In this document: one piece after another, positions 48,538 to 59,225 of the stretch | Layout of the letters: the number at the start of each line of letters is the position of its first letter | How positions within the stretch are numbered: the stretch's first letter is position 1 | DNA from: an uncultured SAR86 cluster bacterium | Lineage (GTDB): Bacteria > Pseudomonadota > Gammaproteobacteria > Magnimaribacterales > D2472 | Assembly: GCA_902541365.1 (NCBI GenBank) | Contig: CACBQK010000003.1 | Span: forward strand, 6,698 to 70,697 | DNA length: 64,000 bases | Direction of reading: 5' to 3' | The notes under the pieces: generated by a model | What the model was told of the DNA's origin: nothing | Seen by the model: only the letters and a program-made list of their open reading frames with translations | Databases searched by the model: none | Position numbers and translations under genes: made by a program

Positions 48538-49854
48538 ATGTTTAAAAATCTGGTCTTAATATCATTCATTTCTTTGCCTTTAGCATCTGAAAACCTCTTA
48601 GATATTTATAACGAAGCTCTTGATAATGATCCTCAATATAAATCTTCAGAATATTCGCTTTTAGCTGGTAAAGAATTTGTTGTGCAAGGAAGAGCAGGAC
48701 TTCTGCCAAATGTTACTTTGAGCGGATCAACAAACTGGAACGAATATTATCAATTTAATGAGTTGCAAAGCGCTTATAACAATAACTCAGTTACCGCTAG
48801 ATTAACACAACCTCTTTTTAGACTTGATTCTTGGTTTAACTTTAGAAGATCAAAAAAGCTTACAGATGCTTCCGAAGCTGACTTCGCTTATGCGCAACAA
48901 AATTTAATTATTAGAACAGTGGAAAAATATTTTGGAGTTTTAAGAGCCATTGATAATCTTAATGCTGCTGTTTCAGAAGAAAAAGCGATTAAAAAGCAGC
49001 TTGACCAGATACAACAAAGGTTTGAAGTTGGGCTTTCTGCTATTACTGAAGTTCAAGAGGCGCAATTAGCATATGATTTGAGTATGGCAGCAAAGATTCG
49101 TTCTGAAGGTGTGCTTTTTAATGCAAGAGAAGAACTTAATTCTTTAATAGGGAGAGAAATATTCTCGATAGATTCTCTAAAGGCAGATATTGTTCCAGAA
49201 AATCCTAACCCTACAACTAAACAAGAGTGGGTTGATATTGCACTTAAAAATAACTATAGACTTCAAGCATCAGTACTTCGAAGAGACGCATCAAAAGATT
49301 CAGCGAGAAGCTCAGCCTCTGAGCACTTACCAAAAATTAATATTGTCGGAACAGAATCGGAATCAAATACCAATCAATATTCATACGAAGGTTTTGAAGA
49401 CTTAGGTTTTCAAGCTCCCAGTGAGACACAAAGAAAGAACTATAGCCTAAGCCTTTCAATACCGATCTCTCAAGGTGGTGCTGTCAGCTCAAGAAGAAGA
49501 CAGGCCTATGCGGAATACAATAGAGCTGTTGAAGAAACATTATTTGCTCAAAGAACAGTGATTCAAGAAGTTAGATCTGGGTTCTCAAATGTCATTACTC
49601 TTGGCGCCAATTTAAAAGCTCAAAAACAAGCTGTTGTTTCAGCAAATAGCGCACTAGAGGCAACAAGAGTTGGATATGAGGTTGGAACAAGAAACATTGT
49701 GGATCTTCTCCAGGCTGAAAAAAATCTTTATACCGCTGAAAAGAATCTAGCTAATGCAAAATATGACTATTTGCTATCTCAATTAAATCTTGAATTAGCA
49801 GCAGGGACTTTAAGCCCTCAGAGTATTAATGAGATCAACGGTTATCTCAATTAA
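48538..49854 (+). CDS. tolC: TolC family outer-membrane channel
   Basis: ENLLDIY..AL.NDP, LTQPLF, RFEVGL, GYEVGTRNIVDLL; divergent from parE as in other gammaproteobacteria. Confidence 0.93.
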   Translation: MFKNLVLISFISLPLASENLLDIYNEALDNDPQYKSSEYSLLAGKEFVVQGRAGLLPNVTLSGSTNWNEYYQFNELQSAYNNNSVTARLTQPLFRLDSWFNFRRSKKLTDASEADFAYAQQNLIIRTVEKYFGVLRAIDNLNAAVSEEKAIKKQLDQIQQRFEVGLSAITEVQEAQLAYDLSMAAKIRSEGVLFNAREELNSLIGREIFSIDSLKADIVPENPNPTTKQEWVDIALKNNYRLQASVLRRDASKDSARSSASEHLPKINIVGTESESNTNQYSYEGFEDLGFQAPSETQRKNYSLSLSIPISQGGAVSSRRRQAYAEYNRAVEETLFAQRTVIQEVRSGFSNVITLGANLKAQKQAVVSANSALEATRVGYEVGTRNIVDLLQAEKNLYTAEKNLANAKYDYLLSQLNLELAAGTLSPQSINEINGYLN

Positions 49855-50663
49855 TGCCAGAACTCCCCGAAGTAGAAACCACTAAGAATGCCATCCTCCC
49901 TTTCAAGGGTAAAACTCTTAAACGAATAATTGTTAATAACCCGTCTTTGCGTTGGCCAGTTGATGAAAAAGCAATTAATAAAATAAAAGAGAAAAAAATT
50001 TTATCAATTACCAGAAGAGCAAAATATATTTTTTTACATCTAGATGAAATGACAATAATAATTCATCTAGGTATGACGGGAACATTTAGAATACAAAAGC
50101 TTGGAAGCAACAAGACAAAAAAGCATGATCATGTTGTGTTTGAATTCTGTAAAGAAATCCTTATTTTTAATGATCCCAGAAGATTTGGGTCTCTCCACTT
50201 ATCAACAGATCCCCAATATCATTTCTTGATAAAGCATCTCGGCCCAGAACCACTTGAAGATGACTTCAATGCAGAATATCTCTTTAAAAAAATAAAGAAA
50301 GCAGGAGTATCCACAAAAAGCTTTTTAATGAATCAAAAGAATGTAGTAGGTATAGGAAATATTTATGCTTGCGAGATATTATTCAGTTCAGGAATTTCTC
50401 CTAGGAGAAAAATTAAGTATTTAAATAAAAGTCAATGCGAAGAAATAGTGAAAAATACAAAAAGGATTATCAAAGAAGCAATAACCAAAGGTGGAACTAC
50501 TCTAAAAGACTTTTACTCTGCAGATGGTAATAAAGGTTATTTCAAGATTGAGTTAAACGTTTATGATCGAGAGAATGAAGAATGTAGAGTTTGTAATGAG
50601 AAGATTCTTAGGTTTGTCCAGAATCAGAGATCAACTTTTTATTGTAAGAGCTGCCAGAACTAA
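49854..50663 (+). CDS. mutM: Formamidopyrimidine-DNA glycosylase
   Basis: MPELPEVE, HLGMTG, DPRRFG, GIGNIY, C-terminal C4 zinc finger. Confidence 0.98.
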   Translation: MPELPEVETTKNAILPFKGKTLKRIIVNNPSLRWPVDEKAINKIKEKKILSITRRAKYIFLHLDEMTIIIHLGMTGTFRIQKLGSNKTKKHDHVVFEFCKEILIFNDPRRFGSLHLSTDPQYHFLIKHLGPEPLEDDFNAEYLFKKIKKAGVSTKSFLMNQKNVVGIGNIYACEILFSSGISPRRKIKYLNKSQCEEIVKNTKRIIKEAITKGGTTLKDFYSADGNKGYFKIELNVYDRENEECRVCNEKILRFVQNQRSTFYCKSCQN

Positions 50664-51142
50664 TGATTTAATTTCGCTTTAAGAGCCATTTCTACATTTT
50701 CATGAACAAAATTTGAAATATCTCCTCCTAAACTAGCAATTTCCTTAACTAGACTTGATGATACATAAATGAGTGTGTCCTTAGGAGTCAAAAAAATGCT
50801 TTCTATGTCTGGAGCAAGTGCCCTATTCATTGTAGCTAGTTGAAACTCATGCTCAAAATCAGATACTGCTCTCAAACCTCTTATGATGGCACATGCATTA
50901 TTCTCTCTTGCAAGATCAACTGTAAGTTTCTTTTTAAATGCAACGACCTCAATCTTTTCATTATCGGCATAGATTGAGCTCACTAAGCCTAACCTTTCTT
51001 CAGAAGAAAAAAGTGGATTTTTCATATCCGTTTCAGCAACGCTAATAATAACCTTATCAAAAAGTACAGTTGCTCTTTCAACAATATCCATATGTCCAAC
51101 CGTAATTGGGTCGAATGAACCAGGGTAGATTGCTACTTTCAT
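50660..51142 (-). CDS. coaD: Phosphopantetheine adenylyltransferase
   Basis: YPGSFDPITVGH, RGLRAVSDFE, SSSLVKE. Confidence 0.98.
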   Translation of the reverse strand: MKVAIYPGSFDPITVGHMDIVERATVLFDKVIISVAETDMKNPLFSSEERLGLVSSIYADNEKIEVVAFKKKLTVDLARENNACAIIRGLRAVSDFEHEFQLATMNRALAPDIESIFLTPKDTLIYVSSSLVKEIASLGGDISNFVHENVEMALKAKLNH

Positions 51143-51180
51143 AGCAAAATAATACCTAAATTATTATCTATTTGGAAATT

Positions 51181-51276
51181 CTAAAAAACTAGAAATCCAA
51201 TTTCGCCTACTGCCTTAAAAACTATATAGAAATAGCAAAAACCTAATATGCCATAAATCAAAGATGGAAATGTCAC
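51181..51276 (-). CDS. Putative 31-aa hydrophobic peptide (not in the ORF track)
   Basis: GGAGGT-AAAA-GTG start; MTFPSLIYGILGFCYFYIVFKAVGEIGFLVF*; fills an otherwise anomalous 217-bp gap. Confidence 0.6.
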   Translation of the reverse strand: MTFPSLIYGILGFCYFYIVFKAVGEIGFLVF

Positions 51277-51359
51277 TTTTACCTCCGAATTTTGGTTCAT
51301 TAAATGATAAATGTGAAAACTTTAATTTAAGGAATTGCAACAATTCTGTTAAAGAATAT

Positions 51360-52553
51360 CTAACTTAAGTTAAGAGATTTAAATATGATTCCTGAGTTTG
51401 ATAATCTTTTTATTAATACTTCCCCTAGCCCGGAAGCACTAGTAAGGACACCCCCATATTCGCATCCTCCCGGAAGCGTTTCAGGATCTTCAAGAAGTGA
51501 TAATGCGCATTCAGCTGCAAACTTAGATGTAACTTTATAACCTGGATCGCCTTTACCAAACATTCTATAAAGAGACTTTTGACCATCCTCATTTTCAACT
51601 AAGAATTTACAATCAAACCAACCATTTTCTTGAACCTCTAAAGAGGGTCCCTCTCCTGGTTTTCTCAAGAATGATCTAACAATTTTTCTTAAAGGTGATA
51701 CAAGAGTTAAGCCTAGCAGCCCTAGTCCCAGGGTTGAAAAAAGAGCTTTACTCCAGCTTTTATGAAAGGCATATTCCTGATATGTGAAATTATTTCCGTA
51801 AGACTTCTGACGTTCGGTCAATAGAGCTTCACTTCTCCTTACTACTCTAGTATTAGCGCCTGCCATCACAAATGGGCCTGACCATGCATTTAAATCTTTC
51901 TGTTTAGAAATCTTAAATACATCAGAACTTAATTTCTTTTGCTCATTTGTATATGACCCATCTGGATTAAGAAGAAAAGGATCCCGAATTTCTTTTCCAA
52001 GATCTAGATCTCCCATTGAAAACATTGTCTCTATAGTCCCACCAGAGGCTTCACCTTTCCATGAGTGGAATGATTCAACTCTTTTTACAGGCTTGCTTGA
52101 AGACCTTACGGCAAAGAAAGTTCCAATATCCGAAGGTATTGAATCAAATCCACAAGATGGAATTATTCTTATCCCCTTTCGTGCGGCTTTCTCATGATGT
52201 TTTTCAATCAATCCTTTAACCCAAAAATTTTCGCCTGTTATATCAACATAATGCGACCCATTTTCAACACATGCTGCAACAAGTTTTGATCCATATCTGT
52301 GGAATGGTCCAGCAGTAGACAGAACAACTTTCGATCTTGAGCAAATATTTCTCAATCCTTCTTCATCATTAGAATCAGCAATTAAAATTTCTACATTTGC
52401 AGCGAGTTTGTTGGCAACATCCTGAAGTTTCTCAAGATTTCTTCCTGCTATTGCCCAATTAATTTCTAGATTTAATGATTGGAAATACTTAACACAAAGT
52501 TGACCAGTAAAGCCAGTGGCTCCATATATAACTATGTCAATATCTTTTTGCAT
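51360..52553 (-). CDS. Saccharopine dehydrogenase-like oxidoreductase (trans-acting enoyl reductase family)
   Basis: IYGATGFTG, AIAGRN, TAGPF..YG, YVDITGE, CGFDSIPSD, GDPGY. Confidence 0.9.
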   Translation of the reverse strand: MQKDIDIVIYGATGFTGQLCVKYFQSLNLEINWAIAGRNLEKLQDVANKLAANVEILIADSNDEEGLRNICSRSKVVLSTAGPFHRYGSKLVAACVENGSHYVDITGENFWVKGLIEKHHEKAARKGIRIIPSCGFDSIPSDIGTFFAVRSSSKPVKRVESFHSWKGEASGGTIETMFSMGDLDLGKEIRDPFLLNPDGSYTNEQKKLSSDVFKISKQKDLNAWSGPFVMAGANTRVVRRSEALLTERQKSYGNNFTYQEYAFHKSWSKALFSTLGLGLLGLTLVSPLRKIVRSFLRKPGEGPSLEVQENGWFDCKFLVENEDGQKSLYRMFGKGDPGYKVTSKFAAECALSLLEDPETLPGGCEYGGVLTSASGLGEVLIKRLSNSGIIFKSLNLS

Positions 52554-52605
52554 TAGAGAATTTTATCATGGTGAAAACTTTAAAGTTCTTGGTATGATAA
52601 AAACT

Positions 52606-54630
52606 ATGAATAAAACTTTTATATTTGTAGCCATGCTCCTAGCCTCTTCTTGGGTAGAGTCAAAAGAAAATATTAATTACTTCGATGCAATGGATGTTTT
52701 CGAGCTTGAATGGGCTTCCGACCCTCAAGTTTCATCTGATGGAGAAACAATAGTTTATGTAAGAAAATCCAATGACATTATGAAAGATAGGGTGCGATCT
52801 AATCTTTGGAGAATAGCAAAAGATGGAAGAGATCATAGACCTTTGCACTCAGGACTAAAGAATTCATACTCTCCGCGATGGTCACCAGATAATAAAAGGA
52901 TTGCTTTTGTTTCAAATAGCTCTGGGTCAACTCAGATTCACATGCATTGGGTAGATACAGGTGAAACTGCGGTGATTTCTCAACTGCAAGAATCGCCATC
53001 AAGTTTATCATGGTCGCCAGATGGAAAATGGTTGGCATTTACCATGAGAGTAAAAGCTGAAAGCGAATCCTTCGTTGATGAGAGAGATAAGCCTGATGGT
53101 GCCTCTTGGGCAAAAAAACCTATAACAGTTACCACTACAAGATACCAATATGATGGTAGAGGAATTGTTGAACCCTCATATCAACATATATTTTTAGTTC
53201 CTGCTGAAGGAGGTTCAGCTCGCCAAATAACAACTGGAGATTTTAATCATTATGGTTCGCTTTCATGGTCAAAGGATAGTAAGGATATTTTCTTCTCTGC
53301 ATACAGATCAGATGATTGGGAGCTTGTTAGTAACGAAGCTGATATTTACTCTGTCTCTATTTCTAACAATGAATTGAAACAAATTACAAAACAATCAGGT
53401 GAGGAAAGATCTCCAGCCATATCACCTAATGGAAAAATGATTGCTTTTTACGTAAAGGAAAGGCGTCCATTGGCATACACTCCAAGCAGAATAGCTGTAA
53501 TGAATCTTCAAAGCAGGGAGATAAAAATAATTTCAAAAGATGTAGATGATGATGCAGATAATTTATTTTGGTCTGAAGATAGTAAATCTATCTATTTTGC
53601 CTTTGATAATAGAGGAGAAAGAACTATTAAACAGATTTCCCTAAATGGAGACTTGAATGAAATTGCATCAAATGTTGGCGGTACAACAATTGGAAGGCCA
53701 TATATTTCAGGTGGATTTCATATAGCTAATGGGACTGCTGCTTATACCTATGGAAAACCTCATAGGCCTGCTGATGTTGGTGTTGCTATAAAAGGTAAAA
53801 CAAAAGTATTAACCCAATTAAATGAAGATATTCTTGGTTATAGGAAGCTAGGAAAGGTTAATGAAATCATATATAACTCTTCATTTGATAATGAAGAAAT
53901 ACATGGTTGGTATATTACACCTCCAAACTTTGATCCAACTAAAAAATATCCTCTAATACTTGAAATCCATGGTGGTCCACACCTAGCTTATGGACCTCAC
54001 TTCTCAGCAGAGCTTCAAATGATGGCAGCCTCCGGATATATTGTTTTTTATGACAACTACAGAGGTAGTTCATCTTATGGTGAAGATTTTGCATTATTAC
54101 TTCAATACAAATATTCAAGTTCAGAAGATTTTGCAGATCATATGTCAGGTATAGATGCCCTTATTGATAAAGGTATTGTTGATGAAAATAATCTTTTTAT
54201 TGCTGGTGGAAGTGCTGGGGGTATAGCTACTGCTTATGCAATAGGTCTAACAGACAGATTTAATGCAGCCGTATCAGCAAAGCCTGTAATTAATTGGTTA
54301 AGCAAGCCTTTAACAGCGGATTCAATGGTCGGACAGATATATCATCAATTCCCTGGACCTCCCTGGGAGCATCTTGAACATTATTGGGAGCGTTCTCCAC
54401 TATCTCTAGTTGGTAATGTAACTACTCCAACAATGTTAATTACTGGAGAAGATGATAGAAGAACTCCAATTTCAGAAACAGAACAGTTCTATCAAGCATT
54501 GAGGTTGAGAGGAATTGATAGCGCAATGATCCGAATTCCCAATACATCGCATGGCATTGCGAGTAGGCCATCAAATCTTATTACTAAGGTTGATCATATA
54601 CTCGCTTGGTTTGAAAAATATAAGAATTAA
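52606..54630 (+). CDS. Secreted S9 family peptidase (acylaminoacyl peptidase-like)
   Basis: Signal peptide from ATG 52606, PD40-like WSPDG repeats, IHGGP, GGSAGG, D.R and HG catalytic residues. Confidence 0.93.
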   Translation: MNKTFIFVAMLLASSWVESKENINYFDAMDVFELEWASDPQVSSDGETIVYVRKSNDIMKDRVRSNLWRIAKDGRDHRPLHSGLKNSYSPRWSPDNKRIAFVSNSSGSTQIHMHWVDTGETAVISQLQESPSSLSWSPDGKWLAFTMRVKAESESFVDERDKPDGASWAKKPITVTTTRYQYDGRGIVEPSYQHIFLVPAEGGSARQITTGDFNHYGSLSWSKDSKDIFFSAYRSDDWELVSNEADIYSVSISNNELKQITKQSGEERSPAISPNGKMIAFYVKERRPLAYTPSRIAVMNLQSREIKIISKDVDDDADNLFWSEDSKSIYFAFDNRGERTIKQISLNGDLNEIASNVGGTTIGRPYISGGFHIANGTAAYTYGKPHRPADVGVAIKGKTKVLTQLNEDILGYRKLGKVNEIIYNSSFDNEEIHGWYITPPNFDPTKKYPLILEIHGGPHLAYGPHFSAELQMMAASGYIVFYDNYRGSSSYGEDFALLLQYKYSSSEDFADHMSGIDALIDKGIVDENNLFIAGGSAGGIATAYAIGLTDRFNAAVSAKPVINWLSKPLTADSMVGQIYHQFPGPPWEHLEHYWERSPLSLVGNVTTPTMLITGEDDRRTPISETEQFYQALRLRGIDSAMIRIPNTSHGIASRPSNLITKVDHILAWFEKYKN

Positions 54631-54647
54631 AAAAATAGTTGATGAAT

Positions 54648-54724
54648 TGGTGGGCCCGGGAGGACTCGAACCTCCGACCAATGGATTATGAGTCCACTGC
54701 TCTAACCAACTGAGCTACAGGCCC
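54648..54724 (-). tRNA. tRNA-Ile2 (CAT anticodon, lysidine-modified)
   Basis: GGGCCTGTAGCTCAGTTGGTTAGAGCAGTGGACTCATAATCCATTGGTCGGAGGTTCGAGTCCTCCCGGGCCCACCA; 77 nt with encoded CCA; sequence and position after rpoD favour Ile2 over Met. Confidence 0.9.
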
Positions 54725-54778
54725 TATAGAATTAGGCTGATAATTATAAAGGTAAAATAAGTTAAATTCCTTAATTAA

Positions 54779-55144
54779 TTATTTTTTGCAATATGCATCA
54801 TAGTTAACAGCATAGTTAGCTGCTAACTCAGCTAAAGCGAGAGCATCTAAATACAGCTTATCAGCCATTTCTTGATGACCCATGCTTTCATGACCTTCAC
54901 CTTCTTTCATAGCTTCACCAGCTGCATAAAGAAAAAAACCTGAGGCCTCGCTGACTTTTTTACAGTCTTCAGGTTTCCACCTTCCCCATCTTTCCATCTC
55001 TTTCTTCATTTGTGTTTCTTTTTTCTTCATCATTTCCATTTTTTTCATCTCTTTAGGGGACTTACCTTCTTTCTTACCATGATCATCTGCAAGAATCATC
55101 AGTGGAATTGATAAAAAAACTAATAGTGATATTTTCTTAAACAT
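54779..55144 (-). CDS. Secreted Met/Lys/His-rich hypothetical protein
   Basis: Strong SD (GGAGAGGT), signal peptide ending ILA-DD, two Cys. Confidence 0.85.
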   Translation of the reverse strand: MFKKISLLVFLSIPLMILADDHGKKEGKSPKEMKKMEMMKKKETQMKKEMERWGRWKPEDCKKVSEASGFFLYAAGEAMKEGEGHESMGHQEMADKLYLDALALAELAANYAVNYDAYCKK

Positions 55145-55212
55145 ATACCTCTCCGTAAAAATACTAGATATAGTTTAGACTAAAAATAATAAAGGTAGTT
55201 CAAAAAACTTTT

Positions 55213-57027
55213 TTAGTCGTCTAAAAAGCTTCTTAAGTGACTGGATCTCGCTGGGTGCCTAAGTTTTCTTAATGCTTTTGCCTCAATCTGCCTAATTCTT
55301 TCTCTGGTGACATCGAACTGTTTACCAACTTCTTCAAGAGTGTGATCAGTATTCATACCTATACCAAACCTCATTCTAAGAACTTTTGCTTCTCTTGCAG
55401 TTAAAGATGATAGAACATCATCAGTAGCAAAATGAAGGCTTTCATCTGTTGCATTTTCAAGTGGAGACTCGATGACGGTATCTTCTATAAAATCTCCAAG
55501 GTTTGAATCTTCATCATCTCCAATTGGAGTTTCCATTGAAATAGGTTCTTTTGCAATCTTGAGTACTTTTCTCACTTTATCTTCAGGCATATCAAGCTCT
55601 TTACTGAGCTCTTCTGGTGTTGGCTCTCTTCCCATATCTTGCATCATCTGTCTCGAAACTCTATTTAATTTATTAATAGTTTCTATCATATGAACAGGTA
55701 TTCTTATAGTTCTAGCTTGGTCAGCTATAGATCTTGTAATCGCCTGTCTTATCCACCAAGTTGCATAAGTACTAAACTTGTAACCTCTTCTATATTCAAA
55801 TTTATCAACAGCTTTCATTAGACCTATATTTCCTTCTTGAATAAGGTCCAAGAACTGTAAACCTCTATTGGTATATTTTTTAGCAATAGATATTACGAGT
55901 CTTAGGTTAGCCTCAACCATGTCTTTTTTTGCTCGCCTCATCTTGGTTTCGCCCATAGACATACTTCTATTAATCTCTTTAACTTCTTTTGAGGAAAGTC
56001 CGACCTTTTCTTCGAGAGCTTTGATCTCTTTTTGAGAAATCATTACATCTTGTTTGACTTTTTCTAACAAGTCCTTTTTATATTTCTTATTTTTAATAAA
56101 TGACTGCATGGTTGTCATTTTTGTAAACCCATCTTTAAAAGCTTCTAGGAAGTCTTTTCTGGGAACTCTTGCGCTCTTCACGCATAAAGTCTGAATGATT
56201 CTTTCGTGGCTTCTTATTGTTTCAAGATCATGTCTAGCAATGATACAAATTTCCTCAAACATTCTTGGACTGAATTTGAGGAACTTAAAAATATTTCCGA
56301 GTTTTTCAAACTCATCTTGAGTTTTTTTATGACTTCGGCCATTTTTATCCAGCACCTTCATTGTTTTGTTGTACTGTCTTTTTAAAGAAGTCATTCTTCT
56401 TTGAACTTCTTTAAAGTCTAACTCGCCATCATTTTCATCATCATCATCTTTTTTGTCTGCAAGCTGTTTTGCTTTTTCGCTTCCAGGTCCAGCTGATGGA
56501 ACTTCTTCCATTTCTTCTAAGAATCCAGTTAAAAGATCATTGAGTTTTTTTTCTTCATCTTTGACAAGCTGAAAGTAGGATAAGACATATTCAACAGTTC
56601 TCGGGTATTGAGCGCTTGCAAGAAGAAGATCTCTCATTCCCTCTTCAATTCTTTTAGCGATCTCTATCTCACCTTCTCGAGTAAGTAAATCTACTGTACC
56701 CATTTCTCTCATGTACATTCTTACAGGATCGGTTGTTCTACCTGTTTCATTTTCAACAGCAGCAAGAGCTTCTGCTGCTTGTTCAAGCGCTATGTCATCA
56801 GTATTTTCAGACTCTCGAAGCATAAGAGTATCTAAATCAGGTGCTTTTTCATGAACTTGGAGACCAAGATCATTGATCATACCAATAATTTCTTCTACTT
56901 GATCTGGATCCGAAATATCATCAGGGAGATGATCATTTACATCATCGTAAGTAAGAAATCCTTGCTCTCTTCCCTTCTCTATAAGTTCGGCTATTCTTGA
57001 GCCTTCTTGTTTTGAAAATTTATCCAC
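55213..57027 (-). CDS. rpoD: RNA polymerase sigma factor RpoD
   Basis: [50 protein letters not shown]; GTG start with GAGG SD. Confidence 0.99.
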   Translation of the reverse strand: MDKFSKQEGSRIAELIEKGREQGFLTYDDVNDHLPDDISDPDQVEEIIGMINDLGLQVHEKAPDLDTLMLRESENTDDIALEQAAEALAAVENETGRTTDPVRMYMREMGTVDLLTREGEIEIAKRIEEGMRDLLLASAQYPRTVEYVLSYFQLVKDEEKKLNDLLTGFLEEMEEVPSAGPGSEKAKQLADKKDDDDENDGELDFKEVQRRMTSLKRQYNKTMKVLDKNGRSHKKTQDEFEKLGNIFKFLKFSPRMFEEICIIARHDLETIRSHERIIQTLCVKSARVPRKDFLEAFKDGFTKMTTMQSFIKNKKYKKDLLEKVKQDVMISQKEIKALEEKVGLSSKEVKEINRSMSMGETKMRRAKKDMVEANLRLVISIAKKYTNRGLQFLDLIQEGNIGLMKAVDKFEYRRGYKFSTYATWWIRQAITRSIADQARTIRIPVHMIETINKLNRVSRQMMQDMGREPTPEELSKELDMPEDKVRKVLKIAKEPISMETPIGDDEDSNLGDFIEDTVIESPLENATDESLHFATDDVLSSLTAREAKVLRMRFGIGMNTDHTLEEVGKQFDVTRERIRQIEAKALRKLRHPARSSHLRSFLDD

Positions 57028-57085
57028 TTATCCTCTTTTAAATTCCGAAAAAACTTCTCTTTATTTAGTGACTAATCACGTATTT

Positions 57086-58846
57086 TCAATCTTTTTTTAA
57101 AGACAGATTTTTTAATAGCATTTTGTCTTCATTATCAATTTCTGATTTCTTAAGAATAAGTTGTTGAAGCTCTCTTCTTTCGGTTTCAGAAATAGACCCG
57201 GTATTATACTTGGTTTTTAAAGATTCCTCTCTATCTGACTCGTCTTTTAATAACGAGTTCATGCAATCGAAAAACATTTTTCTGGCATCTTCTTGTTCAA
57301 TCTTAATTTCAGAAACCATTGCCTGACTAAATAGTTCTTTTAATGTTTTTGATTTGATGCTTTCAATGAGCTTTGAAACAAGAGTGTCAGATTCAACTTC
57401 TATAACCTCTTTTAACTCTTTCAAAAAGCTTATCGATGAATCATCCCTAATCTCATCAAAAATTGGATCTTGTGCGAGTGATCTATCAGTAAGAACAGAA
57501 TGAATTATTAAATAAATTGAAGCAATTTGTTTAGTATTGCTGCTTTGGTCTTCCTTTAATTCTGCTGACGGTAATTTTGGTTTTGGTTGATTAGGTTTTG
57601 ATATAAGTTTTTCAACTGGTATTTCACATATTTTGCTTGTTTCAGAAATAAATGCCTCCCTTAGGGGGACATTATTAATGGTTCTTATCAATTCAGATGC
57701 ATAGCTAGCTATTTTTGATCTTCCCTCAAGAGAATTAATATCATCTACTTTTTTAACCTTTGAAAAGAAAAATTCTGAGAGTGTTTGGCCATTATTTATA
57801 AGCTCAATAAAACCTTTTTCTCCATGCTTATTGACATAACTATCTGGGTCGTCACCTGCTTCAAAAAAAACAAACTTTATTCTTGTATCTTCCCGAATAA
57901 TTGGAAGTACATTTTGAAGTGCTTTCCATGCAGCTTTTTCTCCAGCTAGATCTCCATCAAAAGCAATGAAAATATTATTTGAATATCGCATCAACTTTGA
58001 GAGATGGTTAGATGTAACGGCAGTCCCTAAAGTTGCAACTGCATTCTTAACTCCCTTTTCATGAAGTGCAATAACATCCATATAGCCCTCTACGACTATA
58101 ATTGAATCCATTTTTTTTGTTTCTTTACGCGCCTCATAAAGCCCATAAAGCTCATTTGATTTGTTGAAGAGTTTCGTTTCTGGAGAGTTTAAGTATTTTG
58201 GTTCGTCATCGGGATCTATTACTCTTCCACCAAATGCAATATTCTGCCCTTTGATATTCCTAATAGGAAAGATAACTCTATTTCTAAACCTGTCATAATT
58301 CTTTTTATTTTTCTCAAGGAAAAGTCCTGACGAGGCCATAACCTTTTGTTCAAATCTCTTTTCAAATAAGGAATAGAGGCTATCCCATGAATCATCAGAA
58401 AAACCAAGTTGGAACTTTTTGGCTGTTATCCCAGATATATTTCGAGACTTTAAATAATTAATTGCCTTTTTGCTTTCTTTTAACTTCGCTTCAAATACTT
58501 TTACTGCCTCATCCAATATGGAGTAGTCGTTCTCATCTTGAATCTCAGTTTTTTCATATGGAATCTCTAAACCTAAAGAAGATGCTAATGTTTCTACTGC
58601 ATCTGTGAAATCAAGATTTTCATAATCTCTTAAAAAGTTAATAGAGTTTCCCGATGCCTGACAAACGAAACAATAATAAAACTGTTTATCCTGATTAACA
58701 GCCATTGATGGTTTATGGTCATCATGAAATGGACAAACACCCCAGTAGTTCGAGCCTTTTTTATTCAATTGAACCCTTCTACCAACCACATCAACGATAT
58801 CTGTTTGATCTAAGACTTGATCAATGAAGCTTTTAGGAATGCTCAT
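57086..58846 (-). CDS. dnaG: DNA primase
   Basis: CPFH...CFVC zinc domain, KYLNSPET, VEGYMDV, FDGD, DPD. Confidence 0.98.
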   Translation of the reverse strand: MSIPKSFIDQVLDQTDIVDVVGRRVQLNKKGSNYWGVCPFHDDHKPSMAVNQDKQFYYCFVCQASGNSINFLRDYENLDFTDAVETLASSLGLEIPYEKTEIQDENDYSILDEAVKVFEAKLKESKKAINYLKSRNISGITAKKFQLGFSDDSWDSLYSLFEKRFEQKVMASSGLFLEKNKKNYDRFRNRVIFPIRNIKGQNIAFGGRVIDPDDEPKYLNSPETKLFNKSNELYGLYEARKETKKMDSIIVVEGYMDVIALHEKGVKNAVATLGTAVTSNHLSKLMRYSNNIFIAFDGDLAGEKAAWKALQNVLPIIREDTRIKFVFFEAGDDPDSYVNKHGEKGFIELINNGQTLSEFFFSKVKKVDDINSLEGRSKIASYASELIRTINNVPLREAFISETSKICEIPVEKLISKPNQPKPKLPSAELKEDQSSNTKQIASIYLIIHSVLTDRSLAQDPIFDEIRDDSSISFLKELKEVIEVESDTLVSKLIESIKSKTLKELFSQAMVSEIKIEQEDARKMFFDCMNSLLKDESDREESLKTKYNTGSISETERRELQQLILKKSEIDNEDKMLLKNLSLKKD

Positions 58847-59222
58847 TATTCAACCAACTATCTAAAATTATCTTTGCAGCAACATCATCTATCATTTTAG
58901 AATCTTCATCTAATTGACGAGCTTCAAAAGACGTCAATCTTTCATCGAAGAATTCAATCTCAATATCTATTAAAGATCCAAGCTTTTTAGCAAATCTCTC
59001 TACCTTTTCCATAAAATCGCTTCTAGTACCATCCATATTAAGTGGTTTACCAATAATAATTCTATTAGGCTCCCACTCCAAAATCTTTTCTTTTAACTCA
59101 TTCCAATTGAATCCAGTCTTTGCTTTTTTGACAATTGAAATTGGTGATGAAGTCATTGTTTCGGTGTTACCTACAGCAAGACCTATCTTCTTTTCTCCGT
59201 AATCAATAGCAATAACTACCAT
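58833..59222 (-). CDS. yqgF: YqgF/RuvX pre-16S rRNA nuclease
   Basis: AIDYGEKKIGLAVG, GKPLNMDG, DERLTS, DDVAAKIIL. Confidence 0.95.
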   Translation of the reverse strand: MVVIAIDYGEKKIGLAVGNTETMTSSPISIVKKAKTGFNWNELKEKILEWEPNRIIIGKPLNMDGTRSDFMEKVERFAKKLGSLIDIEIEFFDERLTSFEARQLDEDSKMIDDVAAKIILDSWLNNEHS

Positions 59223-59225
59223 TGC

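Noticed and set aside
51143-54724. Genomic island integrated at tRNA-Ile2
   Set aside because: No integrase, no duplicated tRNA 3' end seen near coaD, and no obvious compositional shift.
54648-54724. tRNA-Met or initiator tRNA call for the CAT anticodon
   Set aside because: It has a paired G1-C72 and lacks the three consecutive G-C anticodon-stem pairs of initiator tRNA; sequence and location fit Ile2 better.
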